From contig JAAFKI010000184.1 of the NCBI GenBank assembly GCA_021399345.1, positions 1-63,552 of the forward strand: a stretch of 63,552 bases of DNA, read 5' to 3'. Position 1 is the first letter of the stretch; each line of letters begins with the position of its first letter. Shown piece by piece: positions 40,202-49,803 of the stretch. This stretch comes from Candidatus Heimdallarchaeota archaeon. Its GTDB lineage: Archaea; Asgardarchaeota; Heimdallarchaeia; Heimdallarchaeales; Heimdallarchaeaceae. The translations under genes and the position numbers were made by a program. Below the pieces are notes generated by a model. The model made no database searches, had not been told where the DNA came from, and was given only the letters and a program-made list of their open reading frames with translations.

Positions 40202-40954
40202 CTATTTTAGTGCTTCATCAGCTTTTCCTTGGAAAATTTTCCAGAGTTTCATCTTTTTAGCTTCACCAGTCTTGATCTTTCTGAAGTTTTCTCCTTGGCG
40301 AGAAAGAACTACTAGAGTAATAGCTAACATTGTGGCGAATGCAACCCAACCAAAAGTACCAGTTACAGCTGGATTATTCAAATCCGCAATACCTGTTGCT
40401 GGCGAAACCCAAGTCCAAATGTATGTTCCCCAGAAGATGAAGATTACACCCATAACGACAAAACTGACTAAATATGTTATCGCACTATACATGATAGCTG
40501 ATCCCAATATGAAGTAAAGCACCAACCAAATTGGTAAAAATATTGGATTAAAGAATATCATTGAACCCAAGGTAGATGCAACACCTTTTCCGCCTGGACC
40601 CCAAAGCCAAATGGTCCAATTATGACCTAGAATTGCTGCAGGACCAGCAAAAGCGACCACCCAAAGATCACTATTACCAAATGCGTATGAGATGTATATA
40701 GTTAACCACATAGCAAAGAAACCCTTTAACATATCAAGTATAGCTTCAATTATACCAACAGTATAAGCTAAACCTTTTGGTTTTCCTTCAGCTTGAAAAG
40801 CTCGAATAACGTTTCGTCCACCTACATTTTTGGAACCAACTGTACGTATATCGATTTTTAACCAAAGTTTAACTATAATCCAAGCTATTGGAATTGATCC
40901 TAAAAGATAACCTATGCCTGCTGCCCAAAGTACATCTATTGTTGGAGGTACCAT
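40202..40954 (-). CDS. plsY: PlsY-family glycerol-3-phosphate acyltransferase homologue
   Basis: GYLLGSIP, DIRTVGSKNVGGRNVIR, DMLKG and GHNW....GGKGVA motifs; motif 3 reads RQGEN. Confidence 0.88.
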   Translation of the reverse strand: MVPPTIDVLWAAGIGYLLGSIPIAWIIVKLWLKIDIRTVGSKNVGGRNVIRAFQAEGKPKGLAYTVGIIEAILDMLKGFFAMWLTIYISYAFGNSDLWVVAFAGPAAILGHNWTIWLWGPGGKGVASTLGSMIFFNPIFLPIWLVLYFILGSAIMYSAITYLVSFVVMGVIFIFWGTYIWTWVSPATGIADLNNPAVTGTFGWVAFATMLAITLVVLSRQGENFRKIKTGEAKKMKLWKIFQGKADEALK

Positions 40955-41167
40955 GTCTAAATCTCTTCCAAAGCTTCTTTAAAAACTTTATTCGACACTC
41001 CAAGGAGGTTTCCTATTTTCTATTGAGAAAGATTGTTATTTAGAAAAAAATTTCTATCCTATAAGGGTTCATAAAGACTGATTTTGATATCCTCTCTTTC
41101 TTTTTTCTTTCTGGTATTTAATCATTAAATTGAAATAGCTCTTTTCTTGAATTTTGCTTGAACTATA

Positions 41168-42352
41168 ATGATTAGAGAGTTCAAAGATTCAGAAGATATA
41201 AACCAAGCTGTCAAGTTAGCTACATTATGCTTCCATGAACCAACCAAAGAAATGGAGAAATTCTTTGCAGGAATTCAAGAGTTGGAAATGATTGGAGCTT
41301 TTGAAGAGAATACTCTTCTAGCAGCTGCTGGTTCATATAAATTTCAAATGTTCATTAGAGAAAAGTTGTTTGACTGTGCTGGAATTGCTTATGTTATGAC
41401 TAACCCAGCACAAAGAAGAAAAGGTTATGTTAAGGATCTAATGAATAAACTGATTATTGATAAGAAGAATCAAGGTTATCCAGTTGCAGCTCTTTGGCCT
41501 TTTGACCATGGTTTCTATCAGAAATTTGGATTTGAAAATGCTGAAAAAGCTATCCATTACAATTTCAAACCAAGTGAAATTAAATCAAGCTTCAAGCTTG
41601 AAGATAATATCAAAATAAGTGAAGTAACTGATAAGAAGGATTTCTTTCCCCTGATTCAAGTAGCTAAAAATGCACTAAATAAATATACTAGAGTCATAGG
41701 AGATGTTGATGCTTGGTTACTCAGAGGAGAACTACAAGGTTATTTCAAAATATATCTCATGGAGCGAGACGAAAAACCTATTGCTTATATTTCCTTAAAA
41801 TTCAGAAAAGCTAAAGAATGGGAACACAACATGCAGATAATGGATATTGCTTATGTAAACATACATGCTAAGCATAATCTTTTTGCTTTCTTAAGAAATT
41901 TTGAAGCAGACATAAATCAAATATCTTTGACTCTCCCAGTTCAAGAGGAAATTGAAGGTTATTTAGATGGTATAAAGGACACTCACAAATTTAGTCAATG
42001 GCCAGCAATGTTTAGAATTTTGAATATTAAGAAGTCTTTCGAGCAACTAGACTATCACTCAGCATTGAATGAAGAACTATATTTTCAAGTCGAAGACACT
42101 GTTTTACAAGAAAATAGTGGTATTTGGAATTTACAAATCAAAGATGGTAAATGTGTAGCATCGAAAATAGAAGGTCAAAATATTGACAAAGAGAAAATTC
42201 TAGAATTATCAATTAATCAGCTATCTCAAACTCTTATTGGTTATTCTAAAGTTGAACATCTTCTAGAACACACTGGAAAAAGAATTCCTGAAGAATGGAA
42301 GCATAAAGATTTGTTCCCAGTAATGCCATGCTCATTCATGCTGTGGTTTTAA
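41168..42352 (+). CDS. Eis-like GNAT acetyltransferase with SCP2-like C-terminus
   Basis: V.T.P.QRRKG and ALWPF..GFYQKFGF motifs; size and C-terminal Phe match Eis. Confidence 0.9.
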   Translation: MIREFKDSEDINQAVKLATLCFHEPTKEMEKFFAGIQELEMIGAFEENTLLAAAGSYKFQMFIREKLFDCAGIAYVMTNPAQRRKGYVKDLMNKLIIDKKNQGYPVAALWPFDHGFYQKFGFENAEKAIHYNFKPSEIKSSFKLEDNIKISEVTDKKDFFPLIQVAKNALNKYTRVIGDVDAWLLRGELQGYFKIYLMERDEKPIAYISLKFRKAKEWEHNMQIMDIAYVNIHAKHNLFAFLRNFEADINQISLTLPVQEEIEGYLDGIKDTHKFSQWPAMFRILNIKKSFEQLDYHSALNEELYFQVEDTVLQENSGIWNLQIKDGKCVASKIEGQNIDKEKILELSINQLSQTLIGYSKVEHLLEHTGKRIPEEWKHKDLFPVMPCSFMLWF

Positions 42353-42395
42353 ATGAGAGGAATAATATATAAGTAAGAAAATCTAATTTAATTTC

Positions 42396-42830
42396 ATGAG
42401 TGAACACGAAGTTGAAGAATTAGAAAAAATACTCATTCCTTTTGCTTTAGGCAGATTTGATTTTGATAACTATAAAACTAATTTTCCAATGGGAAGAATG
42501 GCTATGAATATGGCTAAAAGGATGATGGGGAACTGGATTAACGATTATGTTACTTGGCTAGTTAGAGCTTTTACTCGCTGTTTAGTCAATGTAACTGATG
42601 AAATTTATCTAAAAGATCTTGCAGCGGTGGTTTTAGCAGAAGCAAGTTTCATGCAGGGGATAGGTCCTTGGGGTCCTTTCCAAATGCAAATGGGGACAGG
42701 TGGCGGCGATAGATCTGCAATGGAACCCCAAGTTGAAACAGAAGCTCATGCTTGGTTACTTCATCTGCAAGAAATAGGTAAACTACCAGGTGTATATGAA
42801 CGCTTTACTGGAAAGTATTCCTTGAACTAA
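42396..42830 (+). CDS. Hypothetical protein (Met/Gly-rich segments)
   Basis: 144 aa ORF with TATATAA about 25 bp upstream. Confidence 0.8.
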   Translation: MSEHEVEELEKILIPFALGRFDFDNYKTNFPMGRMAMNMAKRMMGNWINDYVTWLVRAFTRCLVNVTDEIYLKDLAAVVLAEASFMQGIGPWGPFQMQMGTGGGDRSAMEPQVETEAHAWLLHLQEIGKLPGVYERFTGKYSLN

Positions 42831-42841
42831 ATATGTCTGTA

Positions 42842-44465
42842 TTATTTTCTTTTTTCTTTTTGTTCTTGTTGTTTTAAGGGACTGCCTAAATCTTCTAATC
42901 TTTCTTTGAAATCGAATTCATTATAAGTAACTTTTTTTTCCTTTTCTTGCTTTTCCACTCGAGATGCAATTTTGTCTAGTTTATCAAAACTAGTTCGTTT
43001 TCTTTGTATTCTCTCTTTCTCTTTCCTCATTTCTTCAGCTCTAGCATCAAAATTTAATCTATATTTTATGTAATCTCTAAGATTCATGTTTGCTCTTTCT
43101 AGCTTTCTATTTATGACAGCATAAATTGCAATAATTTCCAATGTGACAATAATTAAGAGATTCAGCAATCTATAAAAACTGTCATCAATTTGAATAAATT
43201 GACGTAATATTGTAGTGAAAATAAACGACACAAGAATTATTATTCCTGGGAAGAACAGAAATAGATAACTTATATCGCTTACAAGAGAAGTTAATAGCAT
43301 AACCTTTTCCAAAGAAGAAAAGGACAATATATTTGATTATTAGATAGGTTGCAATTATTGCAATTATGAGCCACGAAACGATAATGAGTGTGTTATTACT
43401 AAAAACAAAGGAATAAATAACAAAAGTAACAAGAAAAATTGTTACCACAAAATCCTGTAAAATTCTTTCTCTCCTAATTGACAGAATTCTTCTTACTGAA
43501 CCTCTAGGTTCCTTTTCTAAGCTAATAATCTCGGAATATTCGCTTGTTGTGGTTCTTTTTCGTTTGAATAAGTTGACTTGACAGTGGATGCAATGTTCTA
43601 AGAACATATCAGTTCTTTCACCACATCCAGGACAGTTAATCAAATTAAAAGTCTCTTCTAGTTCTTGCTGTGCTCTTGGAATCCCTGCTTTTTCCACATG
43701 TTTGGTTTTTTGTTGAAGAATAGAAATATAAGTTCTAGATTGGATATGTTCCTTAGTAGTGGGAATTTTGGTTCTTAATCTTCTATCTTTAACTAGGAAT
43801 GCTACTTTAGCTTCATAAGGTAAGAGAGGCTTAGTTAGAACAAACTTTCGAATTCTTGAGATATCAACTATTAGTTTTATTCCTACAACAATCATCAATC
43901 CTGATTCAACGAATCCATTGAATGTAATCAAGAACGCATATAACGATTCATCAGCAACGGAACTTGCTATTGCACTAAAAACTGCTATTATAATTGAAAA
44001 AAATGCATAAATTGAATAAAAAGCACTTCCTATTTTTAGAGAAAAAATTCTATCGATTTTCCTTAATAACTTATTTAACATATAGAAACCAAAAATCCTA
44101 CCTAGGATGACTGTATATCCAGTTAATCCTGCTAAGAATGGCCATCCAAGGAATACTATGTCCGAGAGTACTGCTACTGAAAACGCAATCATCCACAAAG
44201 CAGTTTGTTTCCCCATCTTTGTAATATGATCAACAAAATAGATATCAGTAATGGAATATATTCCAAATGCAATCGGTAATAAACTAATTGCGGTAAATGC
44301 AAAAAGGATGTATTCAATCAGTTGATAATATTCCGAATTATTGAGATATAAATTATGCGCTATATTTAGAAAACTGACAATGATAAATAATATGCACCCT
44401 GAAAAAATAAGTACTGAATGAGTTTTTATAGGCTGATCAGCTTTTTCTTGCTCTTTCATTTTCAA
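42842..44465 (-). pseudogene. Multi-TM membrane protein with internal Zn ribbon, split by a 1-nt frameshift
   Basis: ORFs 43185-44465 and 42842-43327 overlap; removing one base near 43292 gives continuous FFFGKGYAI-TSLVSDISYLFLFFPG; CPGC...CIHC motif present. Confidence 0.75.
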
Positions 44466-44626
44466 ACATCCAGATATTCTTATTTTGTTAAGGATAATAA
44501 ATAAATATGCTACTTATACACACTTATAAGCCGTTTGACTTGCAAAAATAGGTAAATTACCAGGAATTCATGTACAATTTACTAGGAGATATTTCCTTGA
44601 ACTAATTATGTGAAATAGCTTTCAAC

Positions 44627-45859
44627 TCATTTTTTCTTTGATTTTCTTCTTAATTTGTTCAGACTAATCACAAAAATAAAGAAAAATAAAGTTTGAAAAT
44701 GAAGATTTGTTTTTGTAATCCTTTCTAGATTCTCATTTAGAGGATAAAGATCATTGTTTTCTGCTTTTCCATTGATATGATATGTACTGTTTTGATCCAA
44801 ACTAGACCAGTAATTGCCTTCTTTTGTTTCAGTATCATGCCAGGAGTTATCTCTTCCTGAATCGTAAGCTTGTGATGTTCCTTCTATATGATTATGAATG
44901 AAGTAGTTGTGATGAACAGTATTGAATCTCGAGTCAACATCTAATGCAACCCCATATCCTGTATTGTTTCTAATTAGATTGTAGGTAAATTTACTTCTGT
45001 GCGTATCCCAAGAATTAATTCCATACCATCCATTGAATTCAATAACATTGTTTGTAATTTCTGAATCTACTAAACCATATGTCATTATTCCATCTCTTTC
45101 ATTGAATCCAATTGTGTTGTTATCTATCTCTACTTCAGGACCGCCTATAAATAATCCTACGATATTGTTAGTAATGATATTCCCTTTTACGATAGTATTT
45201 CTTCCTCCAACCATTAAACCCCAGAAATTGAAAGAACATAAATTGTTAATAAAAGTGTTATTTTCACCTCCTCCAAAAATTCCACTATGACTTTGATTCA
45301 AACAGATATTATTCTCAACTAACGTATTATTGGTATATTCCATATAAATACCAAATTCTAGCCATCCAAATTCATCAAAATAGCTAAAAGACTCATATAT
45401 ACAAATATTATTTGTTATTGAAGCACCATTAGTTCTTCTTAAATCTAAACCTCTACTAGATAATTGGTGTGAATAAATTGTATTGAAACTATTATTGGTT
45501 ATAGTTACAGTATAATCTGCCACATCACGAACAAAGATACATGTCCATAAGGCTTTAATTGAACAGTTTCTAATAACAAAGTGTTTTGTAGTATCCTCAA
45601 CATGTATTCCGGCACCATAATCAAATGAGTCAATTACATAGTTTTCAATTAAATATGGGTCTAAAGCAGTTCCTGAACCTGAAAAACCATAGTTAATGAA
45701 ATCTTGATCACTTGCAATATTGATAAACACTTCTGATTCAGAAATTTCCATATTACCATAAAGAAAATTAGAATTTGCTGATTCAACAGGAAAAATGAAT
45801 GAAAAGAGCAACATAAAAGAAAAGCTAATTACTGTAAATTTCTTCAAACTCCCCATCAT
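44627..45859 (-). CDS. Secreted right-handed beta-helix (NosD/pectin-lyase-like) surface protein
   Basis: GSGTALDPYLIE, repeated I.NN...N...GI and GNYWS motifs; signal peptide and C-terminal TM with basic tail. Confidence 0.9.
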   Translation of the reverse strand: MMGSLKKFTVISFSFMLLFSFIFPVESANSNFLYGNMEISESEVFINIASDQDFINYGFSGSGTALDPYLIENYVIDSFDYGAGIHVEDTTKHFVIRNCSIKALWTCIFVRDVADYTVTITNNSFNTIYSHQLSSRGLDLRRTNGASITNNICIYESFSYFDEFGWLEFGIYMEYTNNTLVENNICLNQSHSGIFGGGENNTFINNLCSFNFWGLMVGGRNTIVKGNIITNNIVGLFIGGPEVEIDNNTIGFNERDGIMTYGLVDSEITNNVIEFNGWYGINSWDTHRSKFTYNLIRNNTGYGVALDVDSRFNTVHHNYFIHNHIEGTSQAYDSGRDNSWHDTETKEGNYWSSLDQNSTYHINGKAENNDLYPLNENLERITKTNLHFQTLFFFIFVISLNKLRRKSKKK

Positions 45860-45945
45860 GCTCTTTCAACTAGACAACAATCCTTGAAGACTTATAAGAT
45901 TTTTGTGAAAATAGAAAAACAAAATTAAAAGGAAAGAAAAGTAAG

Positions 45946-46695
45946 TTAGCTATAGAAGTCATCTTCATCTCTGACTTCTACGTCTCCTTCTTTTATTATT
46001 GGTTCAACTTGATAAACAACTCTCCCTTTCCAGAAATATTCACCTGTACGATAAATAGGATTTTTTCTTAGATAAGCCAAAGTACTACGTGGAATGTCAT
46101 ATTTGTTGCTAATAGTAGACATTGTGACATTGTCTTCAAACATCTGGAAAATCTCAACCAATTTAGGTCGCATTTCTTCATCGATTAGCAGCTTGCCATT
46201 TTCTATCACATAGCCTATAGGTGGACGTGACATAATTTTTTCATCTTGTATCCTTCTTTTGATACCGTACATTCTTTTCTGTCTATATTTCTTAAGCTCT
46301 TCCTCTCCTAGAAGATCGTAAATTCTTGTGACAAGCATTTCATCAGATTCTTCAGTTGCTCGAATTTCTACTCCTTTGCTTCGTAAGAGAACAGAAGCAT
46401 ATCCCAACATGTCTACTTCTCTAGAAATCCTGTCACGTGTTTGTACCCAAACTTCTTTGACGGGATCTTCAGGTCTCTGCGAATTATGCATTTGGATGAA
46501 TTCCAACATCTTCTTGAAACCAGGTCTTTCCTGAACATGACTGTCCCCAGAAACATCTTCATCAACAAATGTCTCAAGAACATGTCTATATCCAACAGTG
46601 TTGATTTTCTTGTCTATTACATCGTACTGTGTATCTCTTCCAGATTCTTGATCTGAAGTACTGACCCTAACATAAGTAACTACATTAACATGCAT
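45946..46695 (-). CDS. Serine recombinase (resolvase catalytic domain plus short recombinase DNA-binding domain)
   Basis: YVRVSTSDQ with catalytic Ser, D..VSG, RPGF, DRISR, PPIGY and NPIY motifs. Confidence 0.93.
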   Translation of the reverse strand: MHVNVVTYVRVSTSDQESGRDTQYDVIDKKINTVGYRHVLETFVDEDVSGDSHVQERPGFKKMLEFIQMHNSQRPEDPVKEVWVQTRDRISREVDMLGYASVLLRSKGVEIRATEESDEMLVTRIYDLLGEEELKKYRQKRMYGIKRRIQDEKIMSRPPIGYVIENGKLLIDEEMRPKLVEIFQMFEDNVTMSTISNKYDIPRSTLAYLRKNPIYRTGEYFWKGRVVYQVEPIIKEGDVEVRDEDDFYS

Positions 46696-46711
46696 AGTTT
46701 CTAAAAAGGTG

Positions 46712-46808
46712 GGTTCTTCTTATAACATGATGTAATACTTTAGTGTTATAGGAGACCTAATGATTTTTGTCGGAAAATATCTACCTTTCTATTTTACGCT
46801 TTTTGTCG
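46712..46808. promoter_or_regulatory. Recombinase promoter with res-like inverted repeat and two direct repeats
   Basis: TATAACA-N16-TGTTATA at 46721-46750 overlaps the TATA box; TTTTTGTCG at 46764-46772 and 46800-46808. Confidence 0.5.
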
Positions 46809-46944
46809 AGTATATTTCTTCAATTAATAGTTAAATAGTACTAAGAATAATTAGCCTTCAAATAATCGTTTCCAGCTATTTTTTACTCACAAATAATTTT
46901 CTTACTAAATCATAGAAGATAAATATTCCAGCTAAACAGAAAAT

Positions 46945-47766
46945 ATGAAAACGATGATTCAAGAAACTAAAAGTGACTTACTAAATTATTTCAGAGATAA
47001 GAAAGTAGTGGTAGCATTTTCTGGAGGTGTTGATAGTGCCGTATTATTAGAACTAGCTCTAGAAAGTGCGAAGGAAGTTTTGCCAGTCACTATCAAATCT
47101 AGTCTAGTTCCAGGTTCCGAAATCGATTTTGCTATAAAATACCTTGAGGAAAAAGATTTACACTTTATAGTTCATTACGTTAATCCACTAGAAAATGAAA
47201 AAGTAGTTCATAATGATGAAAGACGATGCTATTTCTGTAAGAAGCTTATTTTTGAGTCAATTATTGAAGCTACTAGATATTTCTCTCCAGATATCATTGT
47301 TGAAGGGTCAAATGTTTCAGATCTTTCAGATTATAGACCAGGACTTGATGCAATTAAGGAGCTAAAAATTAAAAGCCCTTACCTAAAGCTAAAAATCACA
47401 AAAAGTCAAATTAAGGAGTTAGCTGAAGAAATGGATTTAAAGGTTGCAAAAAAACCTGCTACAACCTGTTTAGCTACTCGTATTCCTTATGGGCAACAAA
47501 TTAATGAAGAAAGACTTAGAAGAATAGAAGAAGCTGAGCTAATTATTAAAGCAGTAATTGGTATCGAAATTTTGAGAGTTAGAGATCATAACGAAATTGC
47601 CAGAATTGAAGTTTCAGAGGATAAAATCGAACTCTTCTTAGATAAGAAAAAGAGAAAAGCTATAACAGAAGGTTTGAAAAATCTAGGATTTTCTTACATT
47701 ACTATAGATTTAGTTGGGTATAAACAAGGATCTATGAATATAAATATCCCAGGTGTAGAAAAATGA
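46945..47766 (+). CDS. larE: ATP-dependent sulfur transferase LarE
   Basis: PP-loop AFSGGVDS; RCYFCK; D.RPG; CLATRIPYG; RVRDH..IARIE. Confidence 0.95.
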   Translation: MKTMIQETKSDLLNYFRDKKVVVAFSGGVDSAVLLELALESAKEVLPVTIKSSLVPGSEIDFAIKYLEEKDLHFIVHYVNPLENEKVVHNDERRCYFCKKLIFESIIEATRYFSPDIIVEGSNVSDLSDYRPGLDAIKELKIKSPYLKLKITKSQIKELAEEMDLKVAKKPATTCLATRIPYGQQINEERLRRIEEAELIIKAVIGIEILRVRDHNEIARIEVSEDKIELFLDKKKRKAITEGLKNLGFSYITIDLVGYKQGSMNINIPGVEK

Positions 47767-48998
47767 TTAAAGCCTTAGTAATTGATCCTCGAAATGCAGG
47801 TTGCTCTGGAGACATGTTCCTGTCAGTTTTGATTGACTTATTTGATGATATTGAAACACTAGATGAACTAGTTGAAATTATGAAGAAATCTCTTAAAGTG
47901 GACTTTTCGTTAGAAAGAATTCCAGTCATTAAAAAGGGAATTAAGTCAACTAGTATTCAAATTGATATCAAGAAAGACATTGAGCAAAAACATGCTACTG
48001 AAATTCAAGATTTATTCAAGGCAGTGTTGAAAGAGCTAAAACTATCAGAAAAAGCTCAAAATACAGCTTTAAAGATGCTAACTACACTTTTTGAAGCTGA
48101 ATCATTAGTTCATGGTGAGAAAATAGAAAAACTTCACCTTCATGAAACAGCAAGCTTAGATACAATTCTAGACATAATTGGTACTGTTTTGTTGCTGGAA
48201 AAACATGAATTTCTAGATGTTCCTATCTATGGATTACCAGCTAATGTTGGTAGTGGTTTTGTAACATTTTCTCATGGAAAAATGGCAATACCTCCACCAG
48301 CAGTTGTAGAAATATTGAAAGCTTCAGATTACATGTTTTTTAGTGATGATGCAAAGGGAGAGCTTCTAACTCCAACTGGAGCAATAATTTTAACAGTGTT
48401 AACATCAAATAAAATAAATAAAATTCCTCCAATAAAAATTAAGGGAATTGGTTATGGAGCTGGGCAGAAAGATCTTCCCAACAGGTCAAATGTCTTAAGG
48501 ATTCTATCAGTTGAAATTGATGAAAAACAAGAGGTTCATTACCTGTCTATGCTAGAGACACACATTGATGATGTTTCTGGTGAATTGCTAGGAGGCATCG
48601 TAAATAAACTTCTAGAACAAGGAGCTTTAGATGTTTCTTACTATCCCCTTATAATGAAAAAGAATCGACCGGCTTACAGTCTAAGAGTTATTTGTGAGGA
48701 AGATCAAGCTTCTGATTTGGCATTTATGATTATGAAGGAACTTGGAACTCTTGGTGTAAGAGAAAGTCGATTTGGGCGGTATGAGCTTGAAAGAAAAATA
48801 GTTAAGAAGAAATTTTTCATTGAGGGAGATATCTATGAGTGTAAATATAAGGAGAGGTTTCTGAACGACGAAATCATTGGAGTTAAACCTGAGTATGAAG
48901 ATGTAGTTTCAATATCTGAAAAAACTGGTATTCCACTAATTGAACTTGAAGTAAAACTAATTAATTTTTATCACTTGGAGGATGAATATTGTGAATAA
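47763..48998 (+). CDS. larC: Nickel insertase LarC
   Basis: AGCSGDM, HG......HLHE, HG....PPPA, ELLTPTGA, ETHIDD, MKKNRP and KPEYED motifs. Confidence 0.95.
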   Translation: MIKALVIDPRNAGCSGDMFLSVLIDLFDDIETLDELVEIMKKSLKVDFSLERIPVIKKGIKSTSIQIDIKKDIEQKHATEIQDLFKAVLKELKLSEKAQNTALKMLTTLFEAESLVHGEKIEKLHLHETASLDTILDIIGTVLLLEKHEFLDVPIYGLPANVGSGFVTFSHGKMAIPPPAVVEILKASDYMFFSDDAKGELLTPTGAIILTVLTSNKINKIPPIKIKGIGYGAGQKDLPNRSNVLRILSVEIDEKQEVHYLSMLETHIDDVSGELLGGIVNKLLEQGALDVSYYPLIMKKNRPAYSLRVICEEDQASDLAFMIMKELGTLGVRESRFGRYELERKIVKKKFFIEGDIYECKYKERFLNDEIIGVKPEYEDVVSISEKTGIPLIELEVKLINFYHLEDEYCE

Positions 48999-49779
48999 AA
49001 GAGAAATTCTTGAAAGCTTAGTTTCAGGAAAAATTACCTTAGATGAAGCTGAAAAAGCATTTGAAACAAATCATATTGAAGAAGTTAAAGACTTAGCTAA
49101 TTATGACCTTTTTCGGGAAAAAAGAACTGGTATACCAGAAGTAGTTTATTCTGAAACAAAAACCCCAGAAGTGTTAGTTGAAATCGTTAAAAGGGTATTA
49201 AAAAAGAAACCAATAATTCTCCTTTCTCGATTGAAGGAAGCACATGTAAAAGCTTTACAAATCTTTAATGGTGATTATGCCCTAGAATTTGGAACAAACA
49301 ATCTTTTCTGTAGAATTAAACATAAAGACTATGTTTTAGATCAGTCCAAAGGCAAAATAGGAATTGTAACAGCTGGAACATCAGATTTACCAGTTGCAGA
49401 AGAATCTAAAGCAATAGCTGAAATGATGGGGTGTGAAGTACATCTAGTTGCAGATGTAGGTGTGGCTGGAATTCATAGATTATTCGATCCTTTGAAAAAT
49501 CTTCTTGAAAAGAATGTAGATGCTATTGTTGTTGCAGCTGGCATGGAAGGAGCTTTACCAACTGTAATTACTGGATTAGTTGACGTTCCAGTAATAGGAC
49601 TTCCAATATCTACAGGATATGGTTTTGGAGGTAAAGGACAAACAGCTTTAATGAGTATGCTACAAAGTTGTGCTCTAGGGCTAGCTGTAGTTAATATTGA
49701 TAACGGAATAAGTGCAGGAGCTATTGCAGCAAAAATAGCTATAAATTCAAACCAAAAGTGTACCGGTGAAAACCATTAA
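48982..49779 (+). CDS. larB: NaAD carboxylase/hydrolase LarB
   Basis: R..RTGIPEVVY, AGTSDLPVAEE, DVGVAGIHR, AGMEGALP and VVNIDNG motifs. Confidence 0.96.
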   Translation: MNIVNKREILESLVSGKITLDEAEKAFETNHIEEVKDLANYDLFREKRTGIPEVVYSETKTPEVLVEIVKRVLKKKPIILLSRLKEAHVKALQIFNGDYALEFGTNNLFCRIKHKDYVLDQSKGKIGIVTAGTSDLPVAEESKAIAEMMGCEVHLVADVGVAGIHRLFDPLKNLLEKNVDAIVVAAGMEGALPTVITGLVDVPVIGLPISTGYGFGGKGQTALMSMLQSCALGLAVVNIDNGISAGAIAAKIAINSNQKCTGENH

Positions 49780-49803
49780 AAAGAATTTATCTTGTTTCTT
49801 CTT

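Noticed and set aside
22448-46695. RM system plus serine recombinase as the ends of one integrated element
   Set aside because: The intervening genes are housekeeping or metabolic; no att repeats, tRNA target or replication/transfer genes were seen.
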